Assembly: GCA_965198235.1 (NCBI GenBank)
Contig: OZ240248.1
Location: 4,416,001-4,480,000 of the forward strand
DNA from: Candidatus Poribacteria bacterium
GTDB lineage: Bacteria; Poribacteria; WGA-4E; WGA-3G
Length of the DNA: 64,000 nt
Direction: 5' to 3'
The notes below the pieces were generated by a model. The model was not told the origin of the DNA and did not search any database. It saw nothing but the letters and a program-made list of their open reading frames with translations. A program made the position numbers and the translations under genes. Shown piece by piece: positions 1 to 9,387 of this stretch (position 1 is its first letter; the number at the start of each line of letters is the position of its first letter).

Positions 1-419
1 TCGTTATTATTATGAACCCAACCTACGAGATATTCCATGAAGAGTATCACGTCGCTTACAAACAGTTTTACGATGAAGTCCTCGCCGAAACGACAGAACC
101 TTTTGAGATGCAACAGAAGTTTCAGGAGAAATACGCAAAGGACGCGTATTTAATCGATTGCTATCGGAATAAGTTCGCACACCACGGTTTTCATCCGTTT
201 ACCGTCTGGTATTGGGCGACATATCCGCTGAAATATCTCGCGAAGGTGATTCTCGTCGGTCCGAAGGAACCGAGAGTCGCGCAACAGCTCGGTGTTGATT
301 GGGCAAAAAACTTAGACGATGCTCTTGCAATGGCACGCGAAATCTCTGGGGAGGACGATGTCGTTGCCTTGACGATGCCGCCGTTTTTCTATGCAAATGT
401 TGGAGGCTCCAGTCAGTGA
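1..419 (+). CDS. 3' part of a lactate racemase (LarA/DUF2088)-like domain protein, truncated by the window edge
   Basis: C-terminal 'FAHHGFHPFTVWYW...VILVG...LG...A..LDDALAMA' resembles LarA-domain proteins; its stop codon TGA (417-419) lies inside the downstream element. Confidence 0.55.
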   Translation, partial: VIIMNPTYEIFHEEYHVAYKQFYDEVLAETTEPFEMQQKFQEKYAKDAYLIDCYRNKFAHHGFHPFTVWYWATYPLKYLAKVILVGPKEPRVAQQLGVDWAKNLDDALAMAREISGEDDVVALTMPPFFYANVGGSSQ

Positions 420-660
420 CCCAATCCTAAAGGATTGGGCTTGTCCAAGATGGCAGCCACGCCTATCACTTGGACGAGGGTAACTCATTGACTACCGTAA
501 TATATCGCAGTATCTCGGCGTGGCAGCCGAAACGATGTGTGTCAAACGGATATATCCTGTGGTCGGGTATATCCAAAGGATGCTCCCCAAGTCCCATTCC
601 TCTCGGATACTGTGATCGGGATGGGGAAACATATACCCGCATTGCGGAGTTTTACCTGTT
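412..660 (+). ncRNA. omegaRNA (HEARO-like) scaffold; 3' boundary uncertain, may extend to about 780
   Basis: Stems GTCAGTGA/TCATTGAC, CTTGTCCAAG/CTTGGACGAG and GGGTATAT/ATATACCC; possible pseudoknot TCCCC (584-588) with GGGGA (623-627). Confidence 0.7.
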
Positions 661-858
661 TTCCGAAAGACACCGTGTCAGGTCAAAGTAGCGGATAGTG
701 ACAGTATCGGTGAACCGAAGCAGCACATCGGACGGAAATGCCTACGTGTTTGTGGCGAAAAAACAACACGCCCCCACTTCGGGGAAAAATCCTAAATTAG
801 AAGGAGGCGGTGTTTCCTCCCCTGAATCAATTCAGGGGTTTCCACACCGAAGATTTTG
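412..858 (+). mobile_element. Non-autonomous IS200/IS605-superfamily (IscB/OMEGA-type) element carrying an omegaRNA/HEARO-like scaffold, no nuclease ORF
   Basis: Starts GTCAGTGA, then hairpin CCCAATCC-TAAA-GGATTGGG-CTTG (420-443); GTCAGTGA pairs with TCATTGAC (485-492); HEARO-like GGATGCTCCCCAAGTCC at 578-594; right-end hairpin CCCCTGAAT/ATTCAGGGG (819-838); followed by ATGA. Confidence 0.8.
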
Positions 859-1077
859 ATGATTAAAGATTCCCCCATCGTTGAAGATATCCGACGTATT
901 CGCAACAAGATTTCCGAGAAATTTGACCACGATATAGGTCGCTATATTGCCTACTTGCAGAGTGAGGCAGCCTCACGTCAAGCGAAGAAAGCTGCACAAC
1001 AGTCAAATAGTAGTGAAAATGGCCTCGCCAACACAGAAGACTACGATCAGAGGTCTAAGGAAACCAGGGTTAATTGA
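859..1077 (+). CDS. Small hypothetical protein, antitoxin-like (DSPIVEDIRRIR...FDHD)
   Basis: 72-aa ORF starting at the ATG right after the element; its original GGAGG RBS appears to sit on the other side of the insertion. Confidence 0.55.
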   Translation: MIKDSPIVEDIRRIRNKISEKFDHDIGRYIAYLQSEAASRQAKKAAQQSNSSENGLANTEDYDQRSKETRVN

Positions 1078-1114
1078 ACTTGCGAACCTATGAGCCCCAA
1101 AAAAGAGGAGTCTG

Positions 1115-2173
1115 ATGGAAGATACGGACTTTTTGATACCTACCAGCACTATCGGCAGTTACGCACCCCCGAGTTGGCTTTGCGTGACCTTAGAGGCAAT
1201 CGGACGCGGGGAACTCGGTGAAACCGACATTAACGAGACCTTCGACGATGCTGTTCGCACCGCCATCGCCGACCAAGAACGTGCTGGCGTTGACATCATC
1301 ACAGAGGGTGAGATGCGCCGACAAGACTTCGTGCTCGGTTTCTATGAACGGCTCACCGGGTTAGAGCAACTGCCTGCACCCAGAACACAGGGACCCGACG
1401 GACACGATCAACGCGGCAAATGGTTGCCTTCTGTTCCGCTCGCAGCTCCCGATGGTCTCGGTATCCTCGCAGAGTTTGAATTCGCGAAAAACGAGACGAC
1501 GAAACCGCTCAAGGTGACATGTCCCGGTCCGTTCACGCTCTCTGGACGTATTCAAACAGGTGGTATCTACAAGGAGCGACTTGAAGTTGCCTACGCCTGT
1601 GCGGAGATTATCAATACAGAACTCCGCCAACTCGTCGCCGCAGGCGCAGAATTCATACAGTTAGACGAACCCTCTTACGCCGTTTATCCTGACCGTCCTG
1701 AAGAGTTCGTCAAGCTTTTCAATCACACTGTTGAAGGTTTAGGGCGTAGCTCGCAAGCCCATATTGAACAGTCAGCAAAGATTGGACTGCATATCTGTTT
1801 CGGCAACTATCGCGGCAGAGCCGTCGGAAAACGTTCCTACCGTCCGCTCTTTCCCTATATTTTAGACGCAGATTTCGATCAACTCGCACTGGAATTCGCA
1901 AACCGAGAATTGGCAGAAATTGGATTATGGAGTGACTTCCCGAACGATAAAGAACTCGCCACAGGGCTCATTGATGTTAAAAACTACTATGTAGAGACAC
2001 CGGAGGATGTCGCAGCACTGCTCCGCGAAGCACTCAAGCACGTGCACCCTGAAAAACTCGCGATTACGCCGGATTGCGGCTTCAGCCAAACAGCGCGGTG
2101 GGCAGCTGCCGCCAAACTGAAAACGATGGTAGCCGGGACTGAAATTGTCCGCCGTGAACTCGCGGGATTTTAA
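1115..2173 (+). CDS. Cobalamin-independent methionine synthase II family protein (MetE C-terminal catalytic domain)
   Basis: IGSY, DQERAGVDIITEGEMRR, QLDEP, HICFGN, EFA and TPDCGF zinc-ligand motifs; RBS GAGGAG. Confidence 0.9.
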   Translation: MEDTDFLIPTSTIGSYAPPSWLCVTLEAIGRGELGETDINETFDDAVRTAIADQERAGVDIITEGEMRRQDFVLGFYERLTGLEQLPAPRTQGPDGHDQRGKWLPSVPLAAPDGLGILAEFEFAKNETTKPLKVTCPGPFTLSGRIQTGGIYKERLEVAYACAEIINTELRQLVAAGAEFIQLDEPSYAVYPDRPEEFVKLFNHTVEGLGRSSQAHIEQSAKIGLHICFGNYRGRAVGKRSYRPLFPYILDADFDQLALEFANRELAEIGLWSDFPNDKELATGLIDVKNYYVETPEDVAALLREALKHVHPEKLAITPDCGFSQTARWAAAAKLKTMVAGTEIVRRELAGF

Positions 2174-2195
2174 ACTATGGTCCCCTGGACAACCT

Positions 2196-2305
2196 TCTCT
2201 ACACATATTTCGCCCCGCTGGGGCTGAAGATGAGGGAGGCAACGTTTTCCTACACAGATACCGCCCCGCTGGGGCTGAAGATGAGGGAGGCGACATTTTC
2301 CTACT
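2196..2305 (+). repeat. Two tandem copies (about 51 bp) of a palindromic repeat CGCCCCGCTGGGGCTGAAGATGAGGGAGGC
   Basis: Direct repeat seen in sequence; related hairpins at about 18418, 18466, 51267, 51316, 58469, 58520, 60853 and 60903. Confidence 0.85.
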
Positions 2306-2389
2306 TTTTAGAGCAACTTGGGTTATATTATGGAAAGGCACGGTTTAACCAAACTTTTCTAATTGAACTGTAGGGAACATTAAAACTCT

Positions 2390-3955
2390 ATGAATACAAA
2401 TAAGAAGATACCCACACCCGAAGAAATTGAAAAAGAATTCCAAGAATTCGTACAACAGAAATACGGCGGCAGCGTCCGTTTAATTAATGCATCTGCCGGT
2501 GAACCCTCGCCTGAAGCAGAAGAAGAAGGACCTGAGCCGAAAAAAACCTTCGATCTGAAATTTGATCTCAAACCGAAGGAGATTAAGCAATATCTCGACC
2601 GATACGTGATTAAACAGGACGAGGCAAAGAAGGCACTCGCTATCGCTGTCTGTGACCACTACAACCACGTCCGGAAATGCCACGAAGATCCAACTGCCGC
2701 CGATGCTGATTACTCAAAGCAGAACATTGTTATGCTCGGACCAACCGGAATCGGCAAGACATATCTCATCCGACACATCGCCAAACTCATCGGTGTGCCG
2801 TTTGTCAAAGCGGATGCGACTCGATTCAGTGAAACCGGTTACGTTGGTGCGAACGTAGACGACCTAATTCGTGAACTGGTAACCCAAGCCGAAGATAACC
2901 TCGAATTGGCGCAATACGGAATCATCTATCTCGACGAAGCGGACAAAATCTCAACACCGCCAAATATCATCGGACGTGATGTAAGTGGGCGCGGTGTACA
3001 GACCGGGCTTCTTAAACTGATGGAGGAAACCGAAGTCGACCTCCGTGCAGGAAACGATGTCGCCTCACAGATGCGTGCCGCCATGGAATTCCAGAAAAGC
3101 GGCAAGGTCGAAAAAGAGGTTATCAACACACGGCACATCCTTTTCATCATCAGCGGTGCGTTCACAGGTATGGCGGATATTATCAAGAAACGCTTGCACC
3201 AAAGCAAAATCGGCTTCAATGCTGAGATTATCAGTCAAACCGATGATGTGACACAGTATTTCGAGAACGTCACACCGAAAGATTTCATCGACTTCGGTTT
3301 TGAACCGGAATTCATCGGACGACTTCCAGTACACGTCGTTTGCACGGAACTCGGCGTAGATGATCTCTTCCATATCCTGAAACACTCCGAAGGCTCCATT
3401 ATCCGGCAGTATGAAAACGCCTTTCGCGCGTATGGCATTACGACTCTATTTTCAGACTGCGGTTTACGAAGAATCGCCGAAAAAGCCATTGAGCAAAAAA
3501 CAGGTGCGCGTGCCTTAATGACGGTTTGCGAAAAGATTTTGCGCGACTATAAATTTGAACTCCCCTCCACCGGTGTCGAGGAATTTGTTGTCACCACTGA
3601 AGTTGTCGATGCCCCTGACACCGAGCTAAAGCGAATAACCGAAGATCACAACTATAACCGCGATACCGTTATGTGTGAACAGGTTCGCCGATATGAGGCA
3701 CAGTTCTACGCAGAACATCAATTGCAAATTCAGTTCGATGACGAAGCGACGGCTCTCATCTGTGAACGTGCGATTGCGGACAAACAAACAGTCCAGCAGG
3801 TCTGCGATCAACTCCTGGGAAGCTACCAGCACGGGTTAAACCTAATTAGGCAGAACACTGGACAATCCACATTCACTTTCCCAAAGGCTGTTTTGGAAAA
3901 TCCAGATCAGGTACTTGAAGAGTGGATTCGTGAGTCGTACACCACAAAACGTTGA
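2390..3955 (+). CDS. clpX: ClpX-like AAA+ ATPase without the N-terminal zinc finger and with a C-terminal extension
   Basis: Walker A GPTGIGKT, DATRFSETGYVG, Walker B IIYLDEADKI, RDVSGRGVQ, IGF loop, PEFIGRLP, TGARAL. Confidence 0.8.
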   Translation: MNTNKKIPTPEEIEKEFQEFVQQKYGGSVRLINASAGEPSPEAEEEGPEPKKTFDLKFDLKPKEIKQYLDRYVIKQDEAKKALAIAVCDHYNHVRKCHEDPTAADADYSKQNIVMLGPTGIGKTYLIRHIAKLIGVPFVKADATRFSETGYVGANVDDLIRELVTQAEDNLELAQYGIIYLDEADKISTPPNIIGRDVSGRGVQTGLLKLMEETEVDLRAGNDVASQMRAAMEFQKSGKVEKEVINTRHILFIISGAFTGMADIIKKRLHQSKIGFNAEIISQTDDVTQYFENVTPKDFIDFGFEPEFIGRLPVHVVCTELGVDDLFHILKHSEGSIIRQYENAFRAYGITTLFSDCGLRRIAEKAIEQKTGARALMTVCEKILRDYKFELPSTGVEEFVVTTEVVDAPDTELKRITEDHNYNRDTVMCEQVRRYEAQFYAEHQLQIQFDDEATALICERAIADKQTVQQVCDQLLGSYQHGLNLIRQNTGQSTFTFPKAVLENPDQVLEEWIRESYTTKR

Positions 3956-4034
3956 GCATGGCAGTCAGCGGTCAGCTATCAGCAGTCAGCAGGAATAGCC
4001 GTCATCCATAAAGCGGAAAGTCATCATAAAAAAT

Positions 4035-4787
4035 ATGAACACTGAACAGAAGAAGCCGCAACGTCCTGAACCCTCAGATATTCAAGAAGTTGGCGCGCCA
4101 ATCGATGGAAAACCACAGGTGAGCGACCGGCGTTTGTTCTTTCAACTGCATGTCTTTAAAGAATGCTTCGATCATAGACTTATCATTAAGACACTTGAGA
4201 AAGGAAGCCTAAATGCAGTCCTATACGACGATTTAAACCATCCAACAGGGATCGGTGTGCTTCTCATCGCAGAAGATCCAACGGTATTGATGACGGAGTC
4301 ACGAACCCTACTCGTAAAAACACAGGACACGCCTAAGCTTTCATATCGTCCAGAAATGACTATGACAGGTCGAACCTATTCAAGCGGCAGAGAACCGAAT
4401 CTGGAAGAGTGGCTCCTCAACAGACCCCTCCAAAATGCCCTCAATCCTGATTTTCCGTGGGCGATTTGGTATCCACTGCGCCGAAAACCTGAGTTCTATC
4501 GTCTTGAATACCGTGAGCGGGGCCGAATCTTAGGCGAACACGCCTTGCTGGGTCGCAGTTACGCCGCGGGTGGATACGCCAGTGACATCCGACTCGCATG
4601 CTTCGGATTAGACACAAAGGACAATGAATTCGTTATCGGATTGGTCGGTCCCGATTTACATCCTTTATCACGTTTGATACAGGATATGCGTCAAACGGAG
4701 CAGACCACCAAATACATCGAATCACTCGGTCCCTTCTTTGTTGGAAAGGTTCGGAAGCAATTTTTTAACGATTTTTCTAACAATTGA
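4035..4787 (+). CDS. Chlorite dismutase / coproheme decarboxylase (HemQ/ChdC) family heme protein
   Basis: YPLRRK, proximal EH, FGLDTKDNEFVIG, LIQDMR, GPFFVGK. Confidence 0.8.
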   Translation: MNTEQKKPQRPEPSDIQEVGAPIDGKPQVSDRRLFFQLHVFKECFDHRLIIKTLEKGSLNAVLYDDLNHPTGIGVLLIAEDPTVLMTESRTLLVKTQDTPKLSYRPEMTMTGRTYSSGREPNLEEWLLNRPLQNALNPDFPWAIWYPLRRKPEFYRLEYRERGRILGEHALLGRSYAAGGYASDIRLACFGLDTKDNEFVIGLVGPDLHPLSRLIQDMRQTEQTTKYIESLGPFFVGKVRKQFFNDFSNN

Positions 4788-4792
4788 ATCTG

Positions 4793-4845
4793 TTAACCAT
4801 CAACTCGTGCTTTAACATTTATAACGGAGTCGAGTTGATGGTTAA
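4793..4845. repeat. 15-bp perfect inverted repeat hairpin; related copy at 28802-28839
   Basis: TTAACCATCAACTCG ... CGAGTTGATGGTTAA; second copy TCAACTCGT...ACGAGTTGA. Confidence 0.75.
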
Positions 4846-5101
4846 ACTGCTCCAAATGTAAAGCATTCTGCGCAAGCCTATAGAGGCTTGCGGGACAATG
4901 CGAAGCAAAATTATGCCATTTAAGGAAACCTAATTTCATTCCGTAGTGGTTTTTGGTTAAATGAAGCCCCTTGCTGCCCTGTGCACGCTGAGCTGCCCGC
5001 AGTACTGAAATCGTTAACAAACCATTGACAACCGAAAGTAGGTCTTTTAACAATTTTGCATCCGTGCTGACAACGGAGGCACGGCCCATATTGAACAGTT
5101 T
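4844..5101. mobile_element. Putative MITE of about 258 bp with imperfect terminal inverted repeats
   Basis: AAACTGCTCCAAATG / CATATTGAACAGTTT, TTAA at both ends, no credible ORF. Confidence 0.45.
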
Positions 5102-5130
5102 AAAATACCAGATGCCCATAGTTTAAAAAA

Positions 5131-5856
5131 ATGAGAAATATTCTTGCAGTTTGCACAAAAGAACTCTATACCTATTTCGTCTCACCGATCGCCTATTTCG
5201 TCTGTTTTGTCTTTACAGCGATTTCGGGCTTCCTGTTCTCCATCCTGATTATCAGTGCGAGCAACGTCGGCGGGACCGGCGGATACGTGATAGAAACACT
5301 CTTCGGTAACATGGCGATTGTCTTACTCTTTTTTACGCCGGTGTTGACAATGAAACTCTTTGCAGAAGAACGGAAATCGGGAACGATTGAGCTACTTCTT
5401 ACTTCTCCAATCACAGATGGACAAGTCGTACTCGGCAAATTTTTGGCGAGCTGCACACTGGTACTGATTATGCTTGGCTTGACCCTTCTGTTCCCACTCC
5501 TCACCCAACGCTTCGGTTATTTGGACAGCGGACTCCTGATCAGCAGTTATCTCGGCATCATCCTCATCAGTTCCTCCTTTCTGGCATTAGGCTTACTGAT
5601 GTCGTCAATGTGTAAAAATCAACTCGTCGCCGCGTTGACGAGTTTCGGTATCCTCATAACATTGTGGGTGATCGGCTCGCTTTCAGCCCGCGGTGGACCG
5701 ATAGCGAAATTCCTGAGTTACCTATCGCTACCTGAACACTACCGAGATTTCGCACGCGGTATCATCCTTTTGAAAGATGTTCTTTACTACGTCAGTTTCA
5801 CATGTGTCTGCTTATTTGCAACGTTCAAGTCCATTGAATCATCAAAATGGAGATAG
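5131..5856 (+). CDS. ABC-2 type permease, GldF-like
   Basis: KELYTYFVSPIAY, TMKLFAEERKSGTIELLLTSP, VLGKF, six hydrophobic segments. Confidence 0.9.
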   Translation: MRNILAVCTKELYTYFVSPIAYFVCFVFTAISGFLFSILIISASNVGGTGGYVIETLFGNMAIVLLFFTPVLTMKLFAEERKSGTIELLLTSPITDGQVVLGKFLASCTLVLIMLGLTLLFPLLTQRFGYLDSGLLISSYLGIILISSSFLALGLLMSSMCKNQLVAALTSFGILITLWVIGSLSARGGPIAKFLSYLSLPEHYRDFARGIILLKDVLYYVSFTCVCLFATFKSIESSKWR

Positions 5857-5859
5857 AAC

Positions 5860-7455
5860 ATGGAAGCCAACAAAAGGGTTACAGGTCCGCTCCTCGGTTT
5901 TTTAACGCTAATTTTCAGTTTTATTGCGATCGCCAGTTGGATCTTTCAAGCGAGGCTCGTTTTTTGGATCTGCCTCTTGCTCGCGCTTGTCTCACTCGCC
6001 ATTTTCGCACGCGTGCGATTTGCGGACTTCATGAATTTCTTCATCAGCCGCCAGGCGCGTTACGGAGCGAACGTTGCTTTGAGTATCGTTGGTATTATCG
6101 GCATTGTGGTTTTTGTCAATGCTATTGTTGTCCAGCGGTTCGATAAAAAAGCAGATTTAACGAAGTTACAACTTTACACACTCTCGGAACAAACGCAGAC
6201 CGTTCTCAAAGACCTTAAAAAGGAAATCCGGGTAATAGCGTTTTTCAGCGATGACACCTCACAGTCAGCAGCTCGTGCGAAAGATATGTTAGAATTGTAC
6301 CAGCGTGAAACTGAATTTTTAACCATTTCATTTAAAAATCCTTACATCGACCTTCAACTTCGCGACAAGTATCAACTGAGATACGACGGAACAATCATTT
6401 TCGACAGTGAAGACCGGTACGAAAAAGTTACCGCCGTTGAGGAACAGAAATTCACAAGCGCAATTCTTAAACTCATCCGAGACGAAACAAAAAAAGTCTA
6501 CTTCCTTGTGGGCCACAAAGAACATGAAATCAGTGACTTCAATAACAACGGATATAGTGAAGTCCAGACAGAGTTAGAGAACCAAAATTATGCTGCGTTT
6601 CCCCTCTCGCTCTTGACAGAACCGGACATTCCAGCAGATTGTGAATTACTTGTTATTGCTGGTCCAAAAAATCCCTTGAGGCGCAATGAAATTGACATAG
6701 TGGGAAAATACTTAAAGCGTAACGGAAAATTGCTCCTGATGCTCGATCCATCGGTAGCCTCTACAGAGGATGTCAACAGAGGGCTCGTTGGACTCATGAA
6801 GAGATGGGGGATCGCGATAGGAAATGATCTCGTCATCGACGAAACCCAGTTCGTCCCGCTGTTCGGACCCCGTGCACCCGTCCCAGGATTTGAATTGCAC
6901 GAGATTACGCGTTCTATGAGAGATCCTGTAGCGTTCCCTGTGACTCGTTCTGTCACACCCATAACAGACAGAGCCTCGAACCTAAGCGTCAAATCGCTTG
7001 CCAAAACTATTGGCGGAACAGACGACAGCTGGGGCGAAAAGCAACGCGGCACTGATGGCACTTTCAGCGGAGCGTTTACCTATACGCTCGGGGCAGACAC
7101 ACCGCCACCGGTATCCGTTGCCGTCGCCGCTGAGCAAAAGATCGATCAAAATAGCGATGGGAATGCCTCACGCAGTCCGACTCGAATCGTCGTTTTTGGA
7201 GACTCAGATTTCGCAGTGAATGCCGCGTTCCGAGAGGCAAACCGCGACCTCTTTCTATCTACAATCAATTGGCTTACATTAGAGGAGGATCTCATCGCGA
7301 TCCGTCCGATCGACTTACAGGGGCAAACGCTGCGTCAAATGCGCGTTCACGATATTCGTTTAGTGCAAATAACATCTGTCTTCCTGATACCTTCAATCGT
7401 CTTTATTGCTGGACTCATCGTTTGGTGGCAACGCCGTAAAGGAGAGGACTCGTGA
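5860..7455 (+). CDS. GldG-like ABC auxiliary (ABC_transp_aux) membrane protein
   Basis: DLT...YTLSEQT, YFLVGHKE, LVIAGP, VVFGDSDF, NWL, C-terminal TM followed by WWQRR. Confidence 0.88.
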   Translation: MEANKRVTGPLLGFLTLIFSFIAIASWIFQARLVFWICLLLALVSLAIFARVRFADFMNFFISRQARYGANVALSIVGIIGIVVFVNAIVVQRFDKKADLTKLQLYTLSEQTQTVLKDLKKEIRVIAFFSDDTSQSAARAKDMLELYQRETEFLTISFKNPYIDLQLRDKYQLRYDGTIIFDSEDRYEKVTAVEEQKFTSAILKLIRDETKKVYFLVGHKEHEISDFNNNGYSEVQTELENQNYAAFPLSLLTEPDIPADCELLVIAGPKNPLRRNEIDIVGKYLKRNGKLLLMLDPSVASTEDVNRGLVGLMKRWGIAIGNDLVIDETQFVPLFGPRAPVPGFELHEITRSMRDPVAFPVTRSVTPITDRASNLSVKSLAKTIGGTDDSWGEKQRGTDGTFSGAFTYTLGADTPPPVSVAVAAEQKIDQNSDGNASRSPTRIVVFGDSDFAVNAAFREANRDLFLSTINWLTLEEDLIAIRPIDLQGQTLRQMRVHDIRLVQITSVFLIPSIVFIAGLIVWWQRRKGEDS

Positions 7456-9281
7456 ATTTCAGGACTACTCTTATCATCATTGTTCTCCTCGCAGGCATTG
7501 GAGCAGCATATTTCCTGTTTTTCCAAGAACCAACAGACAAAACAGCGTCAAGCGAAAAACCGACGATCCATCAGGTCTACGGCATAGCCAAAGAAAAGGT
7601 TCAACAGATGGAAGTTATGTTCGCGGATACGGCATATCAAGATCTGAAATTGGTAAAAAACACAACGGGTAACTGGCAACTGGAACGCCCATTTCAGGCA
7701 GATGCTAACAGCGAAAAAGTGAACCAAATGTTAGATGACATGCTCAATAAACGCGTCAAGCAGACGCTTGAGGTGACAGAGTTGACGCAGTATGGGCTGG
7801 ATACACCAAGCATAACGCTCTCGCTTTGGACAGAACAGGCATCACCAGCGGTAACCACCTTTTCTATCGGTAAGAAAGCAATTAACTTTTCCGTGTATGC
7901 CAAAGAGAAATCCCAAGCACATATCTTTCTGATCGAATCCAGCGCGCTTGACGATCTGACGAAATCCCCGACAGACCTCCGCGACCGGTCGGTTATTACG
8001 TTCAAAACGGAAACGGTGTCTAACATTCAGTTTGCGTCCAGAGATGTAGGTGCAACCTCCACGCCAAGAACCCTTAATTGCGAAAAACGAGACGGTACAT
8101 GGTTCGTCACGCATCCAATCGAAGCAAAGGCAGATACCCAAGAAATTGAGGATCTGCTTTCGGAATTGCGTTTATTGCAAGTATCAACCTTTGAAGCAGA
8201 CAAGGCAGACGCTAATATCCCAGCGCAGTTAGAAAAGACCGGGTTAGATACCCCGCGCATCCAGATAAAACTCACGGATGGAAATAACACCTACGCCCTC
8301 GACATCGGCTCAGAAGTCCCGCCAGAAAACGGGACTCAGGAAAGCGTCTACGTCAAATCCGTTCACCAAGAAGCCATCTACACCGTCAGCGATGACATCT
8401 ATAAACTCCTCAACAAATCTGTTTTCGATCTACGTGATAAAAGGGTTATTGACTTTCAACGCACCGATACAATTCGTATTGCCATTTTTATAAGAAGGCA
8501 ACAAGACAAGGAAACAGCTGTCTGCACAAAAAACTATGATAACACATGGGAATTGCAAACACCGACAGGAAAAGTAAAGGCAGACGCGAAAGCGGTGGAC
8601 GACCTGCTTTTCGGTGTAGATTCTCTTGAAGCTGCTGCTTTTGTTGACACTCCTGTTAAAAACTTTGCGTCCTATGGGTTAGCGTCACCGTCAATTGAGG
8701 TCACTTTTACGCAACGCGGTCAAGAAAAGCCGGCAGTCCTACGCATTGGAGACTACACCAAAGACGGAACCGTCTACGTTAAAGCCGAGCAGTCCGATCA
8801 AGTCACTCGTGTCGAACGCATCCTCATTGACAAGATTGCGCTCGGTGCGGTAGGGTTAAGAGATAAACAGGTTCTCAACTTCCATATCGATGACGCGATT
8901 CGGCTCACTTTGCACGGAGAAGAATCGCTGACATGTCAACGCCTCGGGACCAACTGGCGCCTCACCGCGCCGGTGAAAGAAGAGGCGAACAATGCAGAAG
9001 TTAACGCTATCATCTACGAACTCGACAATCTGATGGCAGACGCATTTGTACGGAGCGAACCCGCACTTACCGATGCGATCACAGGTTTTAGTGCCCCGCA
9101 GATCCAACTTACTATTGAATTGCGAAATCAGAAAGTGTATACCTTGCAAGTTGGCAAGGCAGAAGCATCCGGTCGTTTTTACGCACGGCTTCAACATGAA
9201 CCGAATTTAATCTTCCTACTCAATGCAGAGCTCGTTCCAAAACTGAAAACAACACTTACACGGCTTCGCATGCCGAAGTAG
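7452..9281 (+). CDS. DUF4340 domain protein with three tandem repeats and an N-terminal anchor
   Basis: Three repeats of W.L..P...A...V..LL / YGL..P / (D)LRDK; typical third gene of GldFG operons. Confidence 0.8.
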   Translation: MNFRTTLIIIVLLAGIGAAYFLFFQEPTDKTASSEKPTIHQVYGIAKEKVQQMEVMFADTAYQDLKLVKNTTGNWQLERPFQADANSEKVNQMLDDMLNKRVKQTLEVTELTQYGLDTPSITLSLWTEQASPAVTTFSIGKKAINFSVYAKEKSQAHIFLIESSALDDLTKSPTDLRDRSVITFKTETVSNIQFASRDVGATSTPRTLNCEKRDGTWFVTHPIEAKADTQEIEDLLSELRLLQVSTFEADKADANIPAQLEKTGLDTPRIQIKLTDGNNTYALDIGSEVPPENGTQESVYVKSVHQEAIYTVSDDIYKLLNKSVFDLRDKRVIDFQRTDTIRIAIFIRRQQDKETAVCTKNYDNTWELQTPTGKVKADAKAVDDLLFGVDSLEAAAFVDTPVKNFASYGLASPSIEVTFTQRGQEKPAVLRIGDYTKDGTVYVKAEQSDQVTRVERILIDKIALGAVGLRDKQVLNFHIDDAIRLTLHGEESLTCQRLGTNWRLTAPVKEEANNAEVNAIIYELDNLMADAFVRSEPALTDAITGFSAPQIQLTIELRNQKVYTLQVGKAEASGRFYARLQHEPNLIFLLNAELVPKLKTTLTRLRMPK

Positions 9282-9387
9282 TTTTCAGTTATCAGTTACA
9301 AGAGTGTTCGGGCAGCCACAAGGGCTGCCCCTACAATCAGACCCTCTTTAACTGTTCTCACTGCGAAGCATTTTAACATTGAACGCT

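Noticed and set aside
470-691. 73-aa ORF inside the omegaRNA element as IscB/TnpB
   Set aside because: No PLMP, RuvC or HNH motifs; it overlaps the structured RNA. A YVFV...PT stretch near 742-780 is too weak to call an IscB remnant
2196-2305. Two 30-bp repeats separated by about 21 bp as a mini-CRISPR
   Set aside because: The intervening sequences are themselves similar, so this is a tandem duplication of a dispersed repeat
4793-5119. 108-aa minus-strand ORF
   Set aside because: Spans a hairpin repeat and the putative MITE; no protein-like features
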